Assembly: GCA_964016885.1 (NCBI GenBank) | Contig: OZ024744.1 | Span: 31,310,001-31,374,000, forward strand | Length of the DNA: 64,000 bases | Reading direction: 5' to 3' | DNA from: Eledone cirrhosa | Lineage: Eukaryota | Part shown: in pieces, positions 55,201 to 64,000 of the stretch | Layout: each line of letters begins with the position of its first letter | How positions within the stretch are numbered: the first letter of the stretch is position 1 | The notes under the pieces: generated by a model | Database searches by the model: none | What the model was told of the DNA's origin: nothing | Seen by the model: the letters and a program-made list of their open reading frames with translations, nothing else | Position numbers and translations under genes: made by a program

Positions 55201-58200
55201 GGCCAACTGAGACATTGGTAAACCCAGTACTAACTAATGTCCTATGTCATGGCCAACTGAGACATTGGTAAACTTAGTACTATCTAATGTCCTATGTCAT
55301 GGCACACTGAGACGTTGGTAAACCCAGTACTAATTAATGTCCTCTCTCATGGCCAACTCAGACGTTGTTAAACCCAGTACTAACTAATGTCCTCTTTCAT
55401 AGCCAACTGAGAAGTAGGTAAACCCAGTACTAACTAATGTCATCTGTCATGGCCAACTGAGACGTTGGTAAACCCAGTACTAACTAATGTCCTCTGTCAT
55501 GGCCAACTGAGACATTGGTAAACCCAGTACAAACTAATGTCCTCTGTCATGGCCAACTGAGACGTTGGTAAACCCAGTACTAACTAATGTCCTATGTCAT
55601 GGCCAACTGAGACGTTGGTAAACCCAGAACTAACAAATATCATATATCATGACCAACTGAGACGTTGGTAAACCCAGTACTAACTAATGTCCTCTGTCAT
55701 GGCCAACTGAGACATTCGTAAACCCAGTACTAACTAATGTCCTCTGTCATGGCCAAGTGAGAGATTGGTAAACCCAGTACTAACTAATGTCCTATGTCAT
55801 GACCAACTGAGACATTGGTAAACCCAGTACTAACTAATGTCCTATGTCATGGCCAACTTAGACGTTGGTAAACCCAGTACTAACTAATGTCCTCTGTCAT
55901 GGCCAACTGAGACGTTGGTAAACCCAGTACTAACTAATGTCATATGTCTTGGCCAACTGAGACGATGGTAAACCCAGTACTAACTAATGTCCTCTGTCAT
56001 GGCCAACTGAGACATTGGTAAACCCAGTTCTAACTAATGTCCTATGTCATGGCCATCTGAGACGTTGGTAAACCCAGTACTAATTAATGTCCTCTCTCAT
56101 GGCCAACTGAGACGTTGGTAAACCCAGTACTAACTAATGTCCTCTGTCATAGCCCACTGAGACGTAGGTAAACCCAGTACTAACTAATGTCCTCTGTCAT
56201 GGCCAACTGAGACGTTGGTAAATCCCGTACTAACTAATGTCCTCTCTTATGACCAACTGAGACGTTGGTAAACCCAGTACAAACTAATGTTCTCTGTCAT
56301 GGCCAACTGAGACGTAGGTAAACCCAGTACTAACTAATATCCTCTGTCATGGCCAACTGAGACATTGGTAAACCCAGTACTAACTAATGTCGTATGTCAT
56401 GGCCAACTGAGACATTGGTAAACCCAGTACTAACTAATGTCCTATGTCATCGCCAACTGAGACGTTGGTAAACCGAGTACTAACTAATGTCCTACGTCAT
56501 GAGCAACTGAGACGTTGGTAAACCCAGTACTAACTAATGTCCTCTGTCATGGCCAACTTAGACGTAGGTAAACCCAGTACTAACTAATGTCCTCTGTCAT
56601 GGCCAACTGAGACGTTGGTAAACCCAGTACTAACTAATGTCCTCTGTCATTACCAACTGAGACGTAGGTAAACCCAGTACTAACTCATGTCCTCTGTCAT
56701 GGCCAACTTAGACGTAGGTAAACCCAGTACTAACTAATGTCCTATGTCATGGCCAACTGAGACGTTGGTAAACCTAGTATTAACTAATGTCCTATGTCAT
56801 GACCAACTGAGACATTGGTAAACCCAGTACTAACTAATGTCCTATGTCATGGCCAACTGAGACGTTGGTAAACCCAGTACTAACTAATGTCTTATGTCAT
56901 GGCCAACTGAGACATTGGTAAACCCAGTACTAACTAATGTCCTATGTCATGGCCAACCGAGACGGTGGTAAACCCAGTACTAACTAATGTCCTGTGTCAT
57001 GGCCAACTGAGATATTGCTAAACCCAGTGTTATCTAATGTCCTATGTCATGACCAACTGAGACGTTGGTATACCCAGTACTAACGAATGTCCTCTGTCAT
57101 GGCCAACTGAGACATTGGTAAACCCAGTATAAACTAATGACCTATGTCATGGCCAACTGAGACGTTAGTAAACCCAGTACTAACTAATGTCCTATGTCAT
57201 GACCAACTGAGACATTGGTAAACCCAGTACTAACTAATGTCCTATGTCATGGCCAACTGAGACGTTGGTAAATCCAGTACTAACTAATATCCTCTCTCAT
57301 GACCAACTGAGACGTTGGTAAACCAAGTACTAACTAATGTTCTTTGTCATGGCCAACTGAGACGTAGGTAAACCCAGTACTAACTAATGTCCTCTGTCAT
57401 GGCCAACTGAGACATTGGTAAACCCAGTACTAACTAATGTCCTATGTCATGACCAACTGAGATATTGGTAAACCCAGTACTAACTAATGTCCTATGCCAT
57501 GGCCAACTGAGACGTTGGTAAATCCAGTACTAACTAATGTCCTCTCTCATGGCCAACTGAGACGTTGGTAAACCCAGTACTAACTAATGTCCTATGTCAT
57601 GACCAACTGAGATATTGGTAAACCCAGTGCTAACTAATGTCCTATGTCATGGCCAACTGAGACATTGGTAAACCCAGTACTATCTAATGTCCTATGTAAT
57701 GGCACACTGAGACGTTGGTAAACCCAGTACTAATTAATGTCCTCTCTCATGGCCAACTGAGACGTTGGTAAACCCAGTACTAACTAATGTCCTCTTTCAT
57801 AGCCAACTGAGACGTAGGTAAACCCAGTACTAACTAATGTCCTCTGTCATGGCCAACTGAGACGTTGGTAAACCCAGTACTAACTAATGTCCTCTGTCAT
57901 GGCCAACTGAGACGTTGGTAAACCCAGTACTAACTAATGTCCTCTGTCATGGCCAACTGAGACGTTGGTAAACCCAGTACTAACTAATGTCCTATGTCAT
58001 GGCCAACTGAGTCGTTGGTAAACCCAGTACTATCTAATTTCCTATGTCATGACCGACTGAGACGTTGGTAAACCCAGTACTAACTAATGTCCTCTGTCAT
58101 GGCCAACTGAGAGATTGGTAAACCCAGTACTAACTAATGTCCTATGACATGACCAACTGAGACATTGGTAAACCCAGTACTAACTAATGTCCTATGTCAT

Positions 58201-61200
58201 TGCCAACTGAGACGTTGGTAAACCCAGTACTAACTAATGTCCTCTGTCATGGCCAATTGAGACATTGGTAAACCCAGTACTAACTAATGTCCTATGTTAT
58301 GACCAACTGAGACATTGGTAAACCCAGTACTAACTAATGTCCTATGTCATGGCCAAGTGAGACGTTGGTAAATCCAGTACTAACTAATGTCCTCTCTTAT
58401 GACCAACTGAGACGTTTGTAAACCCAGTAAAAACTAATGTTCTCTGTCATGGCCAACTTAGACGTAGGTAAACCCAGTACTAACTAATGTCCTCTGTCAT
58501 GGCCAACTGAGACATTGGTAAACCCAGTACTAACTAATGTCGTATGTCATGGCCAACTGAGACATTGGTAAACCCAGTACTAACTAATGTCCTATGTCAT
58601 CGCCAACTGAGACGTTGGTAAACCCAGTACTAACTAATGTCCTACGTCATGACCAACTGAGACGTTGGTAAACCCAGTACTAACTAATGTCCTCTGTCAT
58701 GGCCAACTTAGACGTAGGTAAACCCAGTACTAACTAATGTCCTCTGTCATTACCAACTGAGACGTAGGTAAACCCAGTACTAACTCATGTCCTCTGTCAT
58801 GGCCAACTGAGACGTAGGTAAACCCAGTACTAACTAATGTCCTATGTCATGGCCAACTGAGACGTTGGTAAACCCAGTATTAACTAACGTCCTATGTCAT
58901 GACCAACTGAGACATTGGTAAACCCAGTACTAACTAATGTCCTATGTCATGGCCAACTGAGACGTTGGTAAACCCACTACTAACTAATGTTTTATGCCAT
59001 GGCCAACTGAGACATTGGTAAACCCAGTACTAACTAATGTCCTATGTCATGACCAACTGAGACGTTGGTAAACCTAGTATTAACTAATGTCCTATGTCAT
59101 GGCCAACTGAGACGTTGGTAAACCCAGTACTAACTAATGTCCTATGTCATGGCCAACTGAGACGTTGGTAAACCCAGTATTAACTAATGTCCTTTTCATG
59201 GCCAACTGAGACATTGGTAAACCTAGTACTAACTAATGTCGTATGTCATGGCCAACTGAGACATTGGAAAACCCAGTACTAACTAATGTCCTATGTCATG
59301 GCCAATTGAGACGTTGGTAAACACAGTACTAACTAATGTACTCTCTCCTGGCCAACTGAGACGTTGGTAAACCCAGTACTAACTAATGTTCTCTGTCATG
59401 GCCAACTGAGACGTAGGTAAACCCAGTACTAACTAATGTCCTATGTCATGACCAACTGAGACGTTGGTAAACCCAGTATTAACTAATGTCCTATGTCATG
59501 GCCAACTGAGACATTGGAAAACCCAGTACTATCTAATGTCCTCTGTCATGGCCAACTGAGAGATTGGTAAAGCCAGTACTAACTAATGTCCTATGTCATG
59601 GACAAATGAGACGTTGGTAAATCCAGTGCTAACTAATGTCCTCTGTCATGGCCAACTGAGACATTCGTATACCCAGTACTAACTAATGTCCTCTGTCATG
59701 GCCAACTGAGTCATTGGTAAACCCAGTAATAACTAATGTCCTATGTCATGGCCAACTGAGACGATGGTAAACCCAGTACTAAATAATGTCCTCTGACATA
59801 GCCGACTGAGACTTTCGTAAACCCAGTACTAACTAATGTCCTCTGTCATGGCCAACTGAGAGATTGGTAAACCCAGTACTAACTAATGTCCTATGTCATG
59901 ACCAACTGAGATATTGGTAAACCCAGTACAAACTAATGTCCTATGTCATGGCCAACTGAGACGTTGGTAAATCCAGTACTAACTAATGTCCTCTCTCATG
60001 GCCAATGAGACGTTGGTAAACCCAGTATTAACTAATGTCCTATGTCGTGGCCAACTGAGACGATGGTAAACCCAGTACTAAATAATGTCCTCTGTCATGG
60101 CCAACTGAGACATTGGTAAACCCAGTACTAACTAATGTCCTATGTCATGGCCAACTGAGACATTGGTAAACTCAGTACTATCTAATGTCCTATGTCATGG
60201 CACACTGAGACGTTGGTAAACCCAGTACTAATTAATGTCCTCTCTCATGGCAAACTGAGACGTTGGTAAACCCAGTACTAACTAATGTCCTCTTTCATAG
60301 CCAACTGAGACGTAGGTAAACCCAGTACTAACTAATGTCCTCTGTCATGGCCAACTGAGACGTTGGTAAACCCAGTACTAACTAATGTCCTCTGTCATGG
60401 CCAACTGAGACGTTGGTAAACCCAGTACTAACTAATGTCCTATGTCATGGCCAACTGAGACGTTGGTAAACCCAGTACTAACTAATGTCCTATGTCATGG
60501 CCAATTGAGTCATTGGTAAACCCAGTACTATCTAATTTCCTATGTCATGACCAAATGAGACGTTGGTAAACCCAGTACTAACTAATGTCCTCTGTCATGG
60601 CCAACTGAGACATTCGTAAACCCAGTACTAACTAATGTCCTATGTCATGACCAACTGAGACATTGGTAAACCCAGTACTAACTAATGTCCTATGTCATTG
60701 GCAACTGAGACATTGGTAAACCCCGTACTAACTAATGTCGTATGTCATGGCCAACTGAGACATTGGTAAACCCAGTACTAACTAATGTCCTATGTCATCG
60801 CCAACTGAGACGTTGGTAAACCCAGTACTAACTAATGTCCTATGTCATGACCAACTGAGACGTTTGTAAACCCAGTACTAACTAATGTCCTCTGTCATGG
60901 CCATCTTAGACGTAGGTAAACCCAGTACTAACTAATGTCCTCTGTCATGGCCAACTGAGACGTTGGTAAACCCAGTACTAACTAATGTCCTCTGTCATTA
61001 CCAACTGAGACGTAGGTAAACCTAGTACTAACTAATGTCCTCTGTCATGGCCAACTGAGACGTATGTAAACCCAGTACTAACTAATGTCCTATGTCATGG
61101 CCAACGGAGACGTTGGTAAACCCAGTATTAACTAATGTCCTATGTCATGACCAACTGAGACATTGGTAAACCCAGTACTAACTAATGTCCTATGTCATGG

Positions 61201-64000
61201 CCAACTGAGACGTTGGTAAACCCAGTACTAACTAATGTCTTATGTCATGGCCAACTGAGACATTGGTTAACCCAGTACTAACTAATGTCCTCTGTCATGG
61301 CCAACCGAGACGGTGGTAAACCCAGTACTAACTAATGTCCTCTGTCATGGCCAACGGAGACGTTGGTAAACCCAGTACTAACTAATGTCCTATGTCATGA
61401 CCACCTGAGACATTGGTAAACCCAGTACTATCTAATGTCCTCTGTCATGGCCAACTGAGAGATTGGTAAAGCCAGTACTAACTAATGACCTATGTCATGG
61501 ACAAATGAGACGTTGGTAAATCCAGTGCTAACTAATGTCCTCTGTCATGGCCAACTGAGACATTCGTATACCCAGTACTAACTAATGTCCTCTGTCATGG
61601 CCAACTGAGTCATTGGTAAACCCAGTAATAACTAATGTCCTATGTCATGGCCAACTGAGACGATGGTAAACCCAGTACTAAATAATGTCCTCTGACATAG
61701 CTGACTGAGACATTCGTAAACCCAGTACTAACTAATGTCCTCTGTCATGGCCAACTGAGAGATTGGTAAACCCAGTAAAAACTAATGTCCTATGTCATGA
61801 CCAACTGAGATATTGGTAAACCCAGTACAAACTAATGTCCTATGTCATGGCCAACTGAGACGTTGGTAAATCCAGTACTAACTAATGTCCTCTCTCATGG
61901 CCAACTGAGACGTTGGTAAACTCAGTACTATCTAATGTCCTATGTCGTGGCCAACTGAGACGATGGTAAACCCAGTACTAAATAATGTCCTCTGTCATGG
62001 CCAACTGAGACATTGGTAAACCCAGTACTAACTAATGTCCTATGTCATGGCCAACTGAGACATTGGTAAACTCAGTACTATCTAATGTCCTATGTCATGG
62101 CACACTGAGACGTTGGTAAACCCAGTACTAATTAATGTCCTCTCTCATGGCCAACTGAGACGTTGGTAAACCCAGTACTAACTAATGTCCTCTTTCATAG
62201 CCAACTGAGACGTAGGTAAACCCAGTACTAACTAATGTCCTCTGTCATGGCCAACTGAGACGTTGGTAAACCCAGTACTAACTAATGTCCTATGTCATGG
62301 CCAACTGAGACGTTGGTAAACCCAGTACTAACTAATGTCCTATGTCATGGCCAATTGAGTCATTGGTAAACCCAGTACTATCTAATTTCCTATGTCATGA
62401 CCAACTGAGACGTTGGTAAACCCAGTACTAACTAATGTCCTCTGTCATGGCCAACTGAGACATTCGTAAACCCAGTACTAACTAATGTCCTCTGTTATGG
62501 CCAACTGAGAGATTGGTAAACCCAGTACTAACTAATGTCCTATGTCATGACCAACTGAGACATTGGTAAACCCAGTACTAACTAATGTCCTATGTCATTG
62601 CCAACTGAGACATTGGTAAACCCAGTACTAACTAATGTCGTATGTCATGGCCAACTGAGACATTGGTAAACCCAGTACTAACTAATGTCCTATGTCATCG
62701 CCAACTGAGACGTTGGTAAACCCAGTACTAACTAATGTCCTATGTCATGACCAACTGAGACGTTTGTAAACCCAGTACTAACTAATGTCCTCTGTCATGG
62801 CCAACTTAGACGTAGGTAAACCCTGTACTAACTAATGTCCTCTGTCATGGCCAACTGAGAGGTAGGTAAACCCAGTACTAACTAATGTCCTATGTCATGG
62901 CCAACTGAGACGTTGGTAAACCCAGTATTAACTAATGTCCTATGCCATGACCAACTGAGACATTGGTAAACCCAGTACTAACTAATGTCCTATGTCATGG
63001 CCAACTGAGACGTTGGTAAACCCAGTACTAACTAATGTCTTATGTCATGGCCAACTGAGACATTGGTAAACCCAGTACTAACTAATGTCCTCTGTCATGG
63101 CCAACCGAGACGGTGGTAAACCCAGTACTAACTAATGTCCTCTGTCATGGCCAACGGAGACGTTGGTAAACCCAGTACTAACTAATGTCCTATGTCATGA
63201 CCACCTGAGACATTGGTAAACCCAGTACTAACTAATGTCCTATGTCATGACCAACTGAGACGTTGGTAAACCCAGTACTAACTAACGTCCTATGTCATGG
63301 CCAACTGAGACTTTGGTAAACCCAGTACTAACTAATGTCCTCTGTCATGGCCAACTGTGACGTTGGTAAACACAGTACTAACTAATGTCCTATGTTATGG
63401 CCAACTGAGATGTTGGTAAACCCAGTACTAACTAATGTCCTCTGTCATGGCCAACTGAGACATTGGTAAACCCAGTACAAACTAATGTCCTCTGTCATGG
63501 CCAACTGAGACGTTGGTAAACCCAGTACTAACTAATGTCCTATGTCATGGCCAACTGAGACGTTGGTAAACCCAGAACTAACAAATATCATATATCATGA
63601 CCAACTGAGACGTTGGTAAACCCAGTACTAACTAATGTCCTCTGTCATGGCCAACTGAGACATTCGTAAACCCAGTACTAACTAATGTCCTCTGTCATGG
63701 CCAACTGAGAGATTGGTAAACCCAGTACTAACTAATGTCCTATGTCATGACCAACTGAGACATTGGTAAACCCAGTACTAACTAATGTCCTATGTCATGG
63801 CCAACTGAGACGTTGGTAAACCCAGTACTAACTAATGTCCTCCGTCATGGCCAACTGGGACGTTGGTAAACCCAGTATTAACTAATGTCATATGTCTTGG
63901 CCAACTGAGACGATGGTAAACCCAGTACTAACTAATGTCCTCTGTCATGGCCAACTGAGACATTGGTAAACCCAGTTCTAACTAATGTCCTATGTCATGG
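49253..64000. repeat. Copy 2 of the large recent duplication, truncated by the window end
   Basis: Colinear with 26423-42664. The match begins abruptly: ATGTTCTCTG at ~26415 versus ATGTCGTATG at ~49245, then matching variants from GACGTAGG onward. Confidence 0.93.

Larger units (their letters stand above)
1..64000. repeat. Satellite DNA array, 50-bp monomer, ~1,281 head-to-tail copies in one orientation, extending beyond both window edges
   Basis: TACTAACTAATGTCCTMTGTCATGRCCAACTGAGACRTTGGTAAACCCAG recurs every 50 bp (1, 51, 101...). The last monomer starts at 63976, consistent with 1281x50 minus 75 deleted bases. No non-repeat interruption or inversion seen. Confidence 0.99.

Noticed and set aside
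1-64000. CRISPR array (regular period, short palindromic stem CCAAC/GTTGG, GTAAAC resembling the GAAAC end of some repeats)
   Set aside because: There are no unique spacers: the whole 50-bp period is conserved and varies only by point mutations. No leader or cas gene is present.
1-64000. Repetitive protein-coding ORF
   Set aside because: The consensus monomer has stops in all three + frames (TAA at 4, 8 and 42; TGA at 31) and all three - frames (TGA at 29; TAG at 34, 42 and 46 of the reverse complement). The unit length is also not a multiple of 3.
1-64000. Telomerase-synthesised long telomeric repeat
   Set aside because: Variants are inherited in multi-kilobase colinear blocks, indicating DNA-level duplication and not templated re-synthesis. 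There is no strong G-rich strand and no terminus in view.
1-64000. Sequencing noise, rolling-circle artefact or synthetic concatemer (ScaI AGTACT, MscI TGGCCA and BsmBI GAGACG sites in the unit)
   Set aside because: Variants recur in the same order at several nested scales, which random error or a single circular template would not produce. A few 6-bp sites in 50 bp are unremarkable.
1-64000. tRNA, 5S rRNA, snRNA or spliced-leader tandem gene cluster, or integron attC array
   Set aside because: The 50-bp unit is too short and lacks a cloverleaf, Pol III A/B boxes, an Sm site or cassette ORFs.
1-64000. A single strict higher-order repeat of fixed length
   Set aside because: Measured offsets vary (949, 1399, 1498, 1649, 1899, 2444, 4740-5239, 21286-22930), so the structure is nested and irregular, not a fixed n-mer.

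Overview
The entire 64 kb window is one uninterrupted, head-to-tail, single-orientation satellite array of a 50-bp monomer. The consensus is TACTAACTAATGTCCT(A/C)TGTCATG(G/A)CCAACTGAGAC(G/A)TTGGTAAACCCAG, about 44% GC. Tracking the register by eye gives about 1,281 complete monomers plus a 25-bp partial one. The array runs off both ends. I found no unique sequence, gene, RNA gene, transposon or CRISPR spacer, and the consensus monomer has stop codons in all six frames. I do not recognise the satellite family or the host; a eukaryotic heterochromatic or (peri)centromeric/subtelomeric origin is inference only. The information lies in the variants. Rare substitutions reveal nested tandem duplications of about 0.95, 1.4, 1.5, 1.6, 1.9, 2.4 and 5 kb, plus a very young ~21-23 kb duplication (about 26.4 kb onward copied at 49.25 kb onward). 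Fixed-order variant cassettes recur, and there are two compositional sub-domains. The monomer carries a TACTAAC/ACTAAY motif and two alternative inverted repeats toggled by its only CpG. I see no protein-coding system here, and all functional ideas are hypotheses. Duplication boundaries are approximate (about +/-1 monomer); offsets were measured by eye from diagnostic variants.
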